Under the pieces are notes generated by a model that was not told where the DNA came from, made no database searches, and saw only the letters and a list, made by a program, of their open reading frames with translations. Position numbers and translations under genes: made by a program. From a bacterium (lineage in GTDB: Bacteria; SZUA-182; DTGQ01; JAFGSM01): a stretch of 27,021 nt of DNA. The stretch spans positions 1 through 27,021 of the forward strand of contig JBLIRO010000068.1 of assembly GCA_049472335.1 (NCBI GenBank). Direction: 5' to 3'. Below are positions 17,411 to 26,772 of this stretch, one piece after another. The number at the start of each line of letters is the position of its first letter. The stretch's first letter is position 1.

Positions 17411-19102
17411 TTAAAACTTTCCCGATCTAAGGATGGATATTACAAGCCCCAGGCCCATAACACCTGCCGATACATAGCCCAATACACCGAGCAAGGGGTA
17501 GCCGTAAATAAGGGGACCTGTTTCGAGTGACATGATGATGGATGATCCTACGATAATGGACGATATGATCAGGCCAAAGGCAATGCGATTGCTCGATCGA
17601 TCGATTTCCCTTATGAGATTGTCCAATCCCAGATGTTCGAATTCGATCTTTAATTCTCCCTTAATGAGCTTCTTGATCAGGGTGTTCATCTGGTTTGGGA
17701 GAAGCTTCAAAATCTTTGAAATATTGGATATATTTTTTGTCAGGTCTCTAAGGATGCGCTTGGGTTGAAGCCTTTTCTTGATAAGACGTTTGGCATAGGG
17801 CCTGGATACCTCGATAAGATTGAGATCCGGATCAAGCTGACGGCCCACCTCTTCGGTGAACAGGATGGTTTTTCCCAGGAGCATGAGGTCCACGGGAACA
17901 CGCATATTATGTTTCATGGCCATCTCAAGTGTCTTGCTGAATATCTCGCTGACGGAAATATGTTTTAGCGGGCGATCATAATATATCTCCGTGAGGTCGA
18001 TAAAATCCCTTTTGAATGCTTTAAGATCTATATTCTCTGTAAAAAAACCCAGATTGAGATACTCCTCGACGAGACGGTCATAGTCTTTGGTCATATACGC
18101 AAAGAAGATCTGGGCACAGCTTTCCATTACCTCTTCATTCAATCGTCCAACAATACCGAAATCCATTAATCCCAGAACACCATCATCCACCACAATAAGG
18201 TTTCCCGGATGGGGGTCCCCATGAAATATGCCGAACTCGAGAAATTGCTTTAAAAAGACATGGCACCCATTCCGGGCAAGCAATTTCCTGTCCCATCCTC
18301 TGGCATCGATCTCTTCCAGGTCGTTTATCCTTATACCAGAAATCTTTTGGAGTATTAGGACCCTTTTCGAGGTCAGATCCCAGTAGACCTTTGGAATTAC
18401 AACAGTGGAGTCTCCTTCGAATAGCGTGTTGAATTTCTGGGTATTGCTTGCCTCCAGGGTAAAATCCAGTTCCTGGTGGATGGATCTTGAAAACTGCTCA
18501 ATGAGCCCTACAGGATCATAAAATCTGCTTTCAGGGATGTATTTCTCAAGAAGGTGGGCTATATAGAACAGGATATTAATATCGGTATCTATCTGTTGTT
18601 CTATCTTGGGCCTCTGGACCTTGATCATTACGGATGTTCCATCCTTAAGGGTGGCCTCATGAACCTCAGCGATCGAAGCCGATCCTGATGGTATTTCCCG
18701 GATATCTGAAAAAATATCGTCGGGAGGACACTCCAACTCTTCTTCTATGACTTTCTTAATGATGGGAAAGGGGAGTGGGGGAAGGCTGTCCTGGAGCTTT
18801 TTGAATTCATTTATGAATTCTTTGGGGATGATATCAGGCCTCATCGAGAGCAGTTGGCCGAATTTTACAAAGGTCGGGCCTAATTCCTCGAATGCATGCC
18901 TTACCCTGACGGGCACGGATATCCGTGTCTTAGGTTTCCCAATAGGGGGCCTGAAGGTCACCACCCTCATGCCCATGGAGAGGAAATCCTGCAGGTGGAG
19001 CTGTTCTATGATCTGGCCAAAACCATGTTTTATAAGAACATTGACTATATGCCGCAGGCGTTGGATATTCTTGTAGGTTTGGCCTATTTTGGTTAAAGGC
19101 AT
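17411..19102 (-). CDS. AarF/ABC1/UbiB-family atypical kinase
   Basis: ELGPTFVKFGQLLS.RPD, LQD, SASIAEVH.A, KVQRP, ELDF..EA, FHGDPHPGN, MDFGIVG; C-terminal TM helices. Confidence 0.93.
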   Translation of the reverse strand: MPLTKIGQTYKNIQRLRHIVNVLIKHGFGQIIEQLHLQDFLSMGMRVVTFRPPIGKPKTRISVPVRVRHAFEELGPTFVKFGQLLSMRPDIIPKEFINEFKKLQDSLPPLPFPIIKKVIEEELECPPDDIFSDIREIPSGSASIAEVHEATLKDGTSVMIKVQRPKIEQQIDTDINILFYIAHLLEKYIPESRFYDPVGLIEQFSRSIHQELDFTLEASNTQKFNTLFEGDSTVVIPKVYWDLTSKRVLILQKISGIRINDLEEIDARGWDRKLLARNGCHVFLKQFLEFGIFHGDPHPGNLIVVDDGVLGLMDFGIVGRLNEEVMESCAQIFFAYMTKDYDRLVEEYLNLGFFTENIDLKAFKRDFIDLTEIYYDRPLKHISVSEIFSKTLEMAMKHNMRVPVDLMLLGKTILFTEEVGRQLDPDLNLIEVSRPYAKRLIKKRLQPKRILRDLTKNISNISKILKLLPNQMNTLIKKLIKGELKIEFEHLGLDNLIREIDRSSNRIAFGLIISSIIVGSSIIMSLETGPLIYGYPLLGVLGYVSAGVMGLGLVISILRSGKF

Positions 19103-19130
19103 CGGATAACCTTAAATTTATGCGACTATT

Positions 19131-19469
19131 TTAGTGCTGCTTCTTTTGTTTCTCGATCGCCTCAAGTCTTTTTTCAAGGGCTTCGACCCTTTGAGTGAGC
19201 TGATCAAGATCGCTCTTTTTACAGAGATTTTCCCTTGTCAAGTACCTCTTTACAAGTTCGGATACCTTGGATTCCAGATCCTTGCCGGTTGTTTCCAGTT
19301 TTTCCAGCATATTCTTGAGCAACCCTTCACCCTCTTTTGAACTGATTTCACCTCTTTTTATCAAATCATTAATAAACGCCTTTGTCTTTTCCTCGGACAG
19401 TGAAATAAACCCCCAGCCGGCATTGACCATTTTTTGTAAAAAATCTGAAAATTTATGCTCTTCGCACAT
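19131..19469 (-). CDS. Phasin-like (PHA granule-associated / coiled-coil) protein
   Basis: AG.G..SLSEEK....I.DLIKRGEIS..EG and K.DLD.L..RVEALEKRL patterns; sits upstream of the ABC1 kinase, a recurrent pairing. Confidence 0.72.
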   Translation of the reverse strand: MCEEHKFSDFLQKMVNAGWGFISLSEEKTKAFINDLIKRGEISSKEGEGLLKNMLEKLETTGKDLESKVSELVKRYLTRENLCKKSDLDQLTQRVEALEKRLEAIEKQKKQH

Positions 19470-19482
19470 CGTTGATCCCCCT

Positions 19483-22143
19483 TTACTTGTTTGATTTTGA
19501 TTTTAATAGTTCCTTTATGGTGTCGGGTAATGATCTTAAGGCATTATCAATCCCCTGCGGGTTATTACCCCCTGCCTGGGCCATATCCGGACGGCCTCCG
19601 CCTGATCCCCCTACATGCCCTGATATGCGCCTTATGAGATCGGGTGCCTTTATTTTTTCTGTAAGGTCTTTGCTCACTTTTATAAGGATATTTGCCTTGC
19701 CCTTTAGCTCTGTACCAAGCGCGACTATACCAGAACCCAGTTTATCGGCGATTAAATCCGCTGTGCCTCTCAGACTTTCCATGTCCATATTTTGTCCTGA
19801 AGGATGGTAGGTTAGCACCTTGATTCCATCCACTGTCTGAACCTGGTCCAATATTCCGCCTATCTCCCTTTGGGCCAGTTTTGCCTTTAATTCTTTGATA
19901 TCCTTTTCCCGGTCACGTGATTCTCCGATAAGACGATTTATTCTCTGCGCAATTTCCATCTCCGGCGCTTTGAGCATACTTGCTATATCAGCAACCTCAT
20001 TACGTAGTTTCCTCACATAATCATATGCCTTCTTTCCGGTAAGTGCCTCGATCCTTCTTACTCCCGCTGCAATCCCGGTTTCGGAAAGTATTATAAAAAG
20101 ACCGATCTGTCCGGTGCCCTCTGAATGCGTGCCCCCACACAGCTCTAAGCTTATATCGGAAATCTGAACTACCCTGACGCGATCCTGATATTTTTCTCCA
20201 AAAAGTGCCATGGCCCCTGAATTCATGGCCTCGTTCAATCCCATTTCCCGGGTTGTAACCTTTATACTGTTTCTGATCTGCTCATTGACATCCGCTTCGA
20301 TCCTCTCAATCTCTTTGGGAGTGAGGGGCGCGAAGTGCGTGAAATCAAATCTTAGCCTGTCCGGCGCCACAAGAGACCCGGCCTGTCTTACATGATCTCC
20401 CAGGATATTTCTTAGGGCCGAATGCAACAGGTGGGTTGCGGTATGATTCAGGGCTATTGCCAAACGTCTTTCATTGTTTACTTCCAGATATACCTGGTCT
20501 CCGGTTTTAAGTTTTCCTCTTTTTATCCTGACCCTATGAACACACATATCCGCAAGGGTCACCGTCTCTTTTACATCGGCAAGAAACCCTTCTCCCTTGA
20601 TTATACCGCTATCCCCAACCTGGCCTCCTTTTTCGGCATAAAATGGGGTCCGGTCAAGTATCAATTCCACGTCCCGTCCTTCATCTGCCTCATTGATCTT
20701 GTCCGGTCCGGAGATTATTGCAAGGACCTGCCCTATGCCGGATATGTCTTCATAACCCAGGAAATCCGTATGGGGAAGCTCTGACGAAAGCCGCTTGTAT
20801 ATTCCCTTGATCTCAGTCGCACCTGATCCCTGCCAGTGTTTGCGGGCCAGTTCGCGCTGCTTTGCCATTGCCCTGTCAAACCCTTCCTGGTCAAAGCTGA
20901 AACCCTGCTCGGAAAGTATCTCCTGGGTAAGATCCAACGGGAAACCAAAGGTATCATAAAGGCGGAATATCTCTTCACCCGGTATACGGAAAGACTCCTT
21001 CTTTTTGGAGGAGTCCATTATCTCGTTGAGCAGGGATAGACCACGGTCCAGGGCATATTGAAACCTTTCCTCCTCCTGACTCGTTATATTGGTTATATAA
21101 TTGAGGTTGTCCTCCAGCTCCGGATATGGGCCTTTCATAACCTCCGCTACCTTTGGGACCAGCCTGTAAAGAAAGGGTTTGTTTATATTGATGAGCTTTC
21201 CGTGACGTGCCGCCCGTCTTATTATTCGCCTGAGCACATAGCCCCTTCCTTCATTGGAGGGTAATACCCCGTCCGCAACCAGAAACGTTATGGCCCGGAT
21301 ATGATCACTGATAACCCTGAAGGAGATATCATGGCCGTGGTCACCTCCGTAGCCCTGATCCGTATATTCTTCTAAGGCCTTGATGATAGGAGTGAACAGG
21401 TCCGAGTCATAATTCGACTTTCCGCCCTGGATCACGGTCGCCAGCCTCTCGAGACCCATGCCCGTATCTATGCTGGGCTTCGGGAGAGGGGTCATTTTCC
21501 CGTCCTGATGCCGTTCAAACTGCATAAATACGAGGTTCCAGATTTCAAGGTATCTGTCGCAGTCACACCCTACTTTGCAGTCCGGTTTACCGCAGGAAAA
21601 TTCAGGGCCCTGGTCAAAGATGATTTCAGAGCAGGGTCCGCAGGGGCCTGTGTCACCCATGGACCAGAAATTGTCCTTTTCGCCCATTCCTATAATATGG
21701 TCAGAGGGGACCCCGATCCGTTTTTTCCATATTTCGGCGGCCTCCTTATCCTCATGAAACACAGTGACCCAGAGAGGACCTTTAGGAAAACCCACCCTGT
21801 CAGTCAGAAATTCCCAGGCCATACGGATGGCTTCCTCCTTGAAATAATCCCCGAAAGAAAAGTTTCCCAGCATCTCAAAAAAGGTGTGGTGCCGGGCGGT
21901 ATATCCTACATTTTCCAGGTCATTATGCTTTCCCCCGGCCCGAACACATTTCTGGCATGTGGTCGCCCGGGAATAAGGCCTTTGAACCTGTCCTGTAAAG
22001 ACGTCCTTGAACTGAACCATTCCGGCATTGGTAAACAAAAGGGTTGGATCATGGCTGGGCACCAGGGAAGAGCTGGGAAGAACAGTATGTCCCTTTTCAT
22101 TGAAGTAGTTTAAAAAAGCCTGACGTATGTCTTCGCCTCTCAT
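19483..22143 (-). CDS. alaS: Alanine--tRNA ligase
   Basis: DPTLLFTNAGMVQFK, RHHTFFEMLGNFSFGDYFK, DTGMGLER, editing motifs HTATH and ELCGGTH, GGSGGGRPDMAQAGG. Confidence 0.98.
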   Translation of the reverse strand: MRGEDIRQAFLNYFNEKGHTVLPSSSLVPSHDPTLLFTNAGMVQFKDVFTGQVQRPYSRATTCQKCVRAGGKHNDLENVGYTARHHTFFEMLGNFSFGDYFKEEAIRMAWEFLTDRVGFPKGPLWVTVFHEDKEAAEIWKKRIGVPSDHIIGMGEKDNFWSMGDTGPCGPCSEIIFDQGPEFSCGKPDCKVGCDCDRYLEIWNLVFMQFERHQDGKMTPLPKPSIDTGMGLERLATVIQGGKSNYDSDLFTPIIKALEEYTDQGYGGDHGHDISFRVISDHIRAITFLVADGVLPSNEGRGYVLRRIIRRAARHGKLININKPFLYRLVPKVAEVMKGPYPELEDNLNYITNITSQEEERFQYALDRGLSLLNEIMDSSKKKESFRIPGEEIFRLYDTFGFPLDLTQEILSEQGFSFDQEGFDRAMAKQRELARKHWQGSGATEIKGIYKRLSSELPHTDFLGYEDISGIGQVLAIISGPDKINEADEGRDVELILDRTPFYAEKGGQVGDSGIIKGEGFLADVKETVTLADMCVHRVRIKRGKLKTGDQVYLEVNNERRLAIALNHTATHLLHSALRNILGDHVRQAGSLVAPDRLRFDFTHFAPLTPKEIERIEADVNEQIRNSIKVTTREMGLNEAMNSGAMALFGEKYQDRVRVVQISDISLELCGGTHSEGTGQIGLFIILSETGIAAGVRRIEALTGKKAYDYVRKLRNEVADIASMLKAPEMEIAQRINRLIGESRDREKDIKELKAKLAQREIGGILDQVQTVDGIKVLTYHPSGQNMDMESLRGTADLIADKLGSGIVALGTELKGKANILIKVSKDLTEKIKAPDLIRRISGHVGGSGGGRPDMAQAGGNNPQGIDNALRSLPDTIKELLKSKSNK

Positions 22144-23084
22144 GTCAATTCCATCATTCTATCTAAGGCCTTTTTTGCTTTGATACGAATCCGTTCAGGG
22201 ACCTTAATGACAGGTTCCAGGATTTCAAGCGACTTGGCCAGTCTTTCCAGTGTTATCAATTTCATATGTTCACATAACATCTTATCGGAAACCGGAAAGA
22301 AATTAAACCCGGGGAATTCCTGCTCAAGGGGATATAGCATTCCTATCTCGGTGCCCACAATGAAGTCCTTTGCGCCTGATTCTCTGACGTATTTGGACAT
22401 GCCTGATGTGCTGGAGACAAAATCAGCCATTTCCAAAACTTCCGGTTTGCACTCGGGGTGGGCCATAAACCGGGCTTTTGGATATTTGGATTTTGCCTTG
22501 ATCACGTCCCGCTTTGTCAGGAGATTATGAGCATTACAATATACGTCCGTTAAAAAGATCCTTTTCTCCGTGTGAAGGCTCACATAATGGCCGAGATTGC
22601 GATCAGGCACAAAAATGACCTCATCATATTCTCTCAGAGAATTGACAACCTGGATGGCATTTGCTGAGGTGCAGCAAATGTCGCTTTCAGCCTTTACCTG
22701 GGCGCTTGAATTCACATAGCAGACAACAGCCGCGTTCGGATGTTTCATCTTCATTTCCCTCAAGGTCTCAACGCTCAAATCATCGGCCAGTGAACAGCCC
22801 GCCTCCGGGGCAGGGAGCACGACCTTTTTTTCAGGGCAAATTATGGAGGCGCTTTCAGCCATGAAAAGGACCCCGCAAAAACAAATTACATCCGAATCAG
22901 AGGCAGCGGCAATCCTGCAAAGACCAAGAGAATCACCAAGATAATCACCGATATCCTGGATCTCGGGCCTCTGGTAATTATGCACCAATATGGTTGCATT
23001 CCGTAATTTTTTCAGGTGTTTGATTTTTTCCACAAGTTTAATATCTTTTTCCTGTAAGTGGGTTCTGGTTTCAATTGTCATCAT
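22140..23084 (-). CDS. nadA: Quinolinate synthase NadA
   Basis: VHNYQ.PEIQ, GDSL.L, FCGV.FMAE, AGCSLA, YVNSSA.VKA.SD.CCTSANA, AHPEC, GTE.G and the three Fe-S cysteines. ATGA overlap with alaS. Confidence 0.96.
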   Translation of the reverse strand: MMTIETRTHLQEKDIKLVEKIKHLKKLRNATILVHNYQRPEIQDIGDYLGDSLGLCRIAAASDSDVICFCGVLFMAESASIICPEKKVVLPAPEAGCSLADDLSVETLREMKMKHPNAAVVCYVNSSAQVKAESDICCTSANAIQVVNSLREYDEVIFVPDRNLGHYVSLHTEKRIFLTDVYCNAHNLLTKRDVIKAKSKYPKARFMAHPECKPEVLEMADFVSSTSGMSKYVRESGAKDFIVGTEIGMLYPLEQEFPGFNFFPVSDKMLCEHMKLITLERLAKSLEILEPVIKVPERIRIKAKKALDRMMELT

Positions 23085-23434
23085 TCTTTTAATCCCGCTA
23101 TTAATTGATCCTGTTGAATCCGATAATCAGACTGTTTCGTCTGTTTATCAGGGCTGTTTATAAATCATTTTCTTCATTACATCGTAATATAATTATCATT
23201 ATGAAGCAAATATGCAACTATAAACTAATTTAATTGACTATTTGATTAAAAGATTATTTTTGATCCAAGGCCTTGCAATGCAGGTCTAATTTGTTGCCGC
23301 TAAGGAAATGTTATCCTAAAATTGCTATCTTGGAAGCTTAATATCTATTATAAATTAAGTGGTTAATCAAATCAATAAAAGGTATTTGGGAGCAACAATA
23401 TAAAGTCCATCAATCAACTTGCAGTCTTTTGCTT

Positions 23435-23463
23435 TTGACACTTTATTTACCTTATGATATGTT
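23435..23463 (+). promoter_or_regulatory. Pc-like sigma70 promoter facing the cassette array
   Basis: TTGACA (23435-23440), 17 bp, TATGTT (23458-23463), with extended -10 TG at 23455-23456. Confidence 0.62.
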
Positions 23464-23601
23464 AAATTTAACTTTGGGTCTTGATTATCAAGAGATTTTA
23501 ATGGTGTCAGGGAGCGGATCTTAATTTTTAATACTTAAAGTTTCCTCGATTATCAAGATGTAAAAATGAAAATCTTAAACTTGGTTAATAGATCTAAGTT
23601 T

Positions 23602-23620
23602 AAATATGAGGTCGTTATTT
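23602..23620 (+). mobile_element. attI-like (or secondary) integron recombination site; start of cassette 1
   Basis: AAATATG-aggtc-GTTATTT. The core site GTTATTT (23614-23620) is the exact reverse complement of the R'' box AAATAAC of the next attC, and a degenerate inverse box lies 5 bp upstream. Confidence 0.55.
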
Positions 23621-23633
23621 GAAAATTAAATGA

Positions 23634-23747
23634 ATGATTAATATAATTCTAAATAATGATGATATAAGAAAAATTGAAACATTCTTTCTGGAACGGTTTC
23701 CTTTCACTTTACTTCACACCCTGATAATGGTAATCTGCGAAATATAA
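23634..23747 (+). CDS. Possible 37-aa small ORF in cassette 1 (MINIILNNDDIRKIETFFLERFPFTLLHTLIMVICEI)
   Basis: The only sizeable + strand ATG-initiated ORF I found between core site 23614 and attC 23778. No clear SD and no recognisable motif. Confidence 0.25.
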   Translation: MINIILNNDDIRKIETFFLERFPFTLLHTLIMVICEI

Positions 23748-23777
23748 TTTAAATCAATACATTAATATATAATTTTT

Positions 23778-23877
23778 AAATAACCAGTTCATTCAGTCGA
23801 CCTTTCGGGCTTGATTCCGGGTTTTAATTCCGCATTCCTCCTTTGGCCCTCAAGGCGCCTGATGATTAGTGTTATGT
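23778..23877 (+). mobile_element. Integron attC site 1 (100 bp)
   Basis: R'' AAATAAC (23778-23784). L'' CAT(T)CAG pairs with L' CTGATG. Stem gtcg(a)cctttcgggc / gccctcaaggcgcc with a second extrahelical base. R' GTTATGT (23871-23877). Confidence 0.82.
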
Positions 23878-24018
23878 TCTCCGATTCATCAATATTGGCT
23901 ATAAATTCAAAAAGGCGCCTGTTTTATAGAATGGGCCGAGTACAAAGGGGCTGAGACAAATAACACTCATAATTAATTTGTCCACTACACCTTTTGTACG
24001 TAGAAATGGAGAGGGGTT

Positions 24019-26664
24019 ATGAGAATAGTGCAATCCCGGTTTTTGAGACTCGTAGTGAGCTGTATTTTGAGTATTTTTTTCACGTTGGCTTGTTCTAGTG
24101 ACGTCCTTGGTAATGATACCTGTTACATCACAAATATTGACACGTTTCTCGAACAATGTCCTACATTAGATCCTGCAATCAGCCAGATACTTAGCGATTT
24201 CACCATCAAAAAGGATGGAGTTGAAATCACGGATTTCCCTTGTGCTGAACCGATCTCGTCACTTCCGATTGCACAATATACAGACGAGCTTATTCTGCTC
24301 CAATGTTTACGAACAATTTACTATATGGACAAGGGAAGAACCGGTCATCTGCCATGGACTTCATTGTCGCTTTATGACTGGTTAAAAAGCAAAGTCGGCG
24401 GGTTCAATATTAGTTCCACCGCAATATTTAATGGTTGCTGCGGCGTCTGGCCGGACGGAAAGACATATATCACCTTGACAACCTCGGACGATTTCAATCG
24501 AGAACATGACCGGACTTGGCTCGGCATAGCCGGAAACATTGGACTGATCATGCATGAGGCCCGACATATTGACGGTTTCCCACACGTAAGTTGTTGTCCT
24601 TTAGGTAGCGAAGCTTGTGATCAGCGTTACGATACGACAAACCTATCACCGTACGGCATTCAATACTGGTTGGAGAAAAGCTGGATAGATGGTACATTGC
24701 ATACTGGCTTTACTTGTCTATCGTCTACACGGATTAATGAAATCAAAAATTGGCTGAGAAGCGCGGCCAATTCCAGGCTGAACAGATTTTGCGAAGATGC
24801 GCCGCCTGAGCTAAACGACACGAACAACCCTTTGCCACCCTGTGACACAAGTTGCGCACCCAAGCCGGGCTTCCTCATTGATCCGCCTGTTACGGTGTTG
24901 TTTTATGGTCAGGTTGAGCAGGGCTTTGACTTTACCAAAGCCGTACAGGTACGTAACACAGGCGAAGCCGAGCTAACGTTCACCGCTTCTCTTGACAGTG
25001 CTGCACCGTTCATATTAAGCGAGACCGATTTCGCTGTAGCACCGGGGGAAGCAGTTCAGATCGCCATCACCTTCAGAGCGACCGAGCCGTTGGATAGTTA
25101 CACGGGCACGTTGACTATCAGTGATATTAATGACATAAGTATAAGCTCTGATGAGAGTATCACTTTGCTCGGTGAAATTGTTGCGGCGAAATCACTCGAT
25201 GTCGCCCTCGTAATGGACCGGTCAGGCAGTATGAGCGAGCTTGCCGGTGAGAGGAAAAAGAGCGAGGCAGAGAGACGCGCTGGTCGCCTTTTCGTTCGCC
25301 TACTACGACCGGACAACCAAGATCGCGTCGCTCTAGTTCGTTTTAATACTGAAAGCAGCTCCTTTCAAACGATTATCCGAGTTGAATCAACCAACCAGGA
25401 AAGCATCGAGCAAAAAATCAATACAACGAACCTTGCCCCGAGCGGTCGCACCTCAATCGCCGCAGGTCTGTTGGAAGGGCTGAATCAACTTATCGCCAGT
25501 ACTGCGGAAAAAAAGGCCGTAATTGTGCTCACCGACGGAAAGGAAAACGAGCCAGCATTAGTGGGCGGTGACGAGATTTGGGTGGAAGAAGTGAGCGTAC
25601 CTGCCGATGTTGCGGTGTACGCCGTTGGCTTGGGCCGCGAAGATAACATTGACAAGGGTATCCTTTCGCAGGTTGCTACGGAAAGCGGTGGAACCTACGA
25701 TGCCACTGGTGACCTAGACGGACTAGACTACTTCGCACTGGAAAAATTCTATATCCAGGCGGCTATGTTGTTGAGCAGTAGTGAGATGCTAGTCGATCCA
25801 CTGTACACGGTGTTACCAGGTACTCAAAATGTACACAATATCTACATAGTCGAGGCCGATTTTTCGCTGACGCTAGTTCTTCTGTATAAAGACCATCCGC
25901 TTGCGTGGGTGCTTGAAAGCCCCACGGGCGAGCGCTTTCCTGCATCGATACCCCCCACCGGTTTTCAGCAAAGACTAATTGAACGTGATCAATCGGCTAT
26001 TTTGCGTCTGCGTTTTGCGACCAATGCCCCCCAGCTTTATTGTGGTATTTGGCGACTGGTAGTCACGGGGACACAAAGCAACACCCGTACGTACCCAAAA
26101 ACGGACACGGGGATTATTTCGTCAGCAGAAAAACCCCAGTTAGCGGGCTATAGTTTTGCCGTTGGCGCCGGCTCAAATCTGCGTTTGCAACCACAGATCT
26201 CTCCTAAGAGGCTAGTCATCGGCGAACCGATTGTGCTTAGAGCGGATTTGCTTGAACGCGGGGTACCGGTTGCTGACGCTGAGGTCATTGTTACCGTGGT
26301 GAATCCCGCTCGTGAGCAACAAGAACTCCGTCTTTTCGACGATGGAATGCATGATGATGGAAGTAAAAGAGACGGCCACTACGCTGCGAAGTTCATAAAC
26401 ACGGCGCAGGCAGGTAGCTACGCATTTCGCTATCGTGTTTTTGGGAAGGCGTCGAGTGGCGATAGGATAGTGCGCGAACGTAGTATGAGCAAGTATGTCT
26501 TTGGAAGTGATGACGTAAGCTTGCGAGCCAACCAACGCAGCAAGTATTGCCGTATCGCTGCATTGTCATGGACTAAGGCGCTGGTTGCTCTTTTACTCGT
26601 AATCGCGGTCCTGCTCATCTTCATCACCATTCTCATGTTGCGTCAGCGATATAGTAGAAGTTAA
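24019..26664 (+). CDS. Secreted/membrane-anchored multidomain protein: Cys-rich HEXXH domain, Ig-like domain, vWA domain, choice-of-anchor-X-like motif, C-terminal TM
   Basis: SD GGAGAGG; N-terminal signal-like segment; HEARH (24553-24567); VQVRNTGEAEL...F.VAPGE..I.ITF Ig-like repeat; MIDAS DRSGS (25216-25230) with T and LTDG; LFDDGMHDDG..RDGHY; hydrophobic tail ending RQRYSRS. Confidence 0.85.
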   Translation: MRIVQSRFLRLVVSCILSIFFTLACSSDVLGNDTCYITNIDTFLEQCPTLDPAISQILSDFTIKKDGVEITDFPCAEPISSLPIAQYTDELILLQCLRTIYYMDKGRTGHLPWTSLSLYDWLKSKVGGFNISSTAIFNGCCGVWPDGKTYITLTTSDDFNREHDRTWLGIAGNIGLIMHEARHIDGFPHVSCCPLGSEACDQRYDTTNLSPYGIQYWLEKSWIDGTLHTGFTCLSSTRINEIKNWLRSAANSRLNRFCEDAPPELNDTNNPLPPCDTSCAPKPGFLIDPPVTVLFYGQVEQGFDFTKAVQVRNTGEAELTFTASLDSAAPFILSETDFAVAPGEAVQIAITFRATEPLDSYTGTLTISDINDISISSDESITLLGEIVAAKSLDVALVMDRSGSMSELAGERKKSEAERRAGRLFVRLLRPDNQDRVALVRFNTESSSFQTIIRVESTNQESIEQKINTTNLAPSGRTSIAAGLLEGLNQLIASTAEKKAVIVLTDGKENEPALVGGDEIWVEEVSVPADVAVYAVGLGREDNIDKGILSQVATESGGTYDATGDLDGLDYFALEKFYIQAAMLLSSSEMLVDPLYTVLPGTQNVHNIYIVEADFSLTLVLLYKDHPLAWVLESPTGERFPASIPPTGFQQRLIERDQSAILRLRFATNAPQLYCGIWRLVVTGTQSNTRTYPKTDTGIISSAEKPQLAGYSFAVGAGSNLRLQPQISPKRLVIGEPIVLRADLLERGVPVADAEVIVTVVNPAREQQELRLFDDGMHDDGSKRDGHYAAKFINTAQAGSYAFRYRVFGKASSGDRIVRERSMSKYVFGSDDVSLRANQRSKYCRIAALSWTKALVALLLVIAVLLIFITILMLRQRYSRS

Positions 26665-26772
26665 TGGCTTTATATGGATCAGTTGATGAAATTAGGGTTA
26701 CAAAAAGAGAGGTGGCTAATTGATAGCTATGCATCTTATTGTCGTTTGTCAGGCCTTTTCTTTGTAGCTGCC

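Noticed and set aside
19472..22864. Multiple + strand ORFs opposite alaS and nadA
   Set aside because: Antisense shadows of conserved housekeeping genes.
23440..23467. dif-like site (ACTTTATTTAC-CTTATG-ATATGTTAAAT)
   Set aside because: The right arm resembles the XerD box, but the inner TAA/TTA bases and the XerC arm match poorly. It is better explained as the promoter spacer and -10.
23085..23613. Integron integrase (intI) or remnant upstream of the array
   Set aside because: No ORF of 60 aa or more on either strand and no tyrosine-recombinase motifs recognised; the space is too short.
23852..23921. Direct repeat AAGGCGCCTG as a CRISPR repeat or target-site duplication
   Set aside because: Only two 10-bp copies, one being part of attC1. 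No repeat-spacer array or cas genes in the window.
23958..24018. Extra AAATAAC box as another attC
   Set aside because: No L''/L' pairing or convincing stem leading to a GTT core site.
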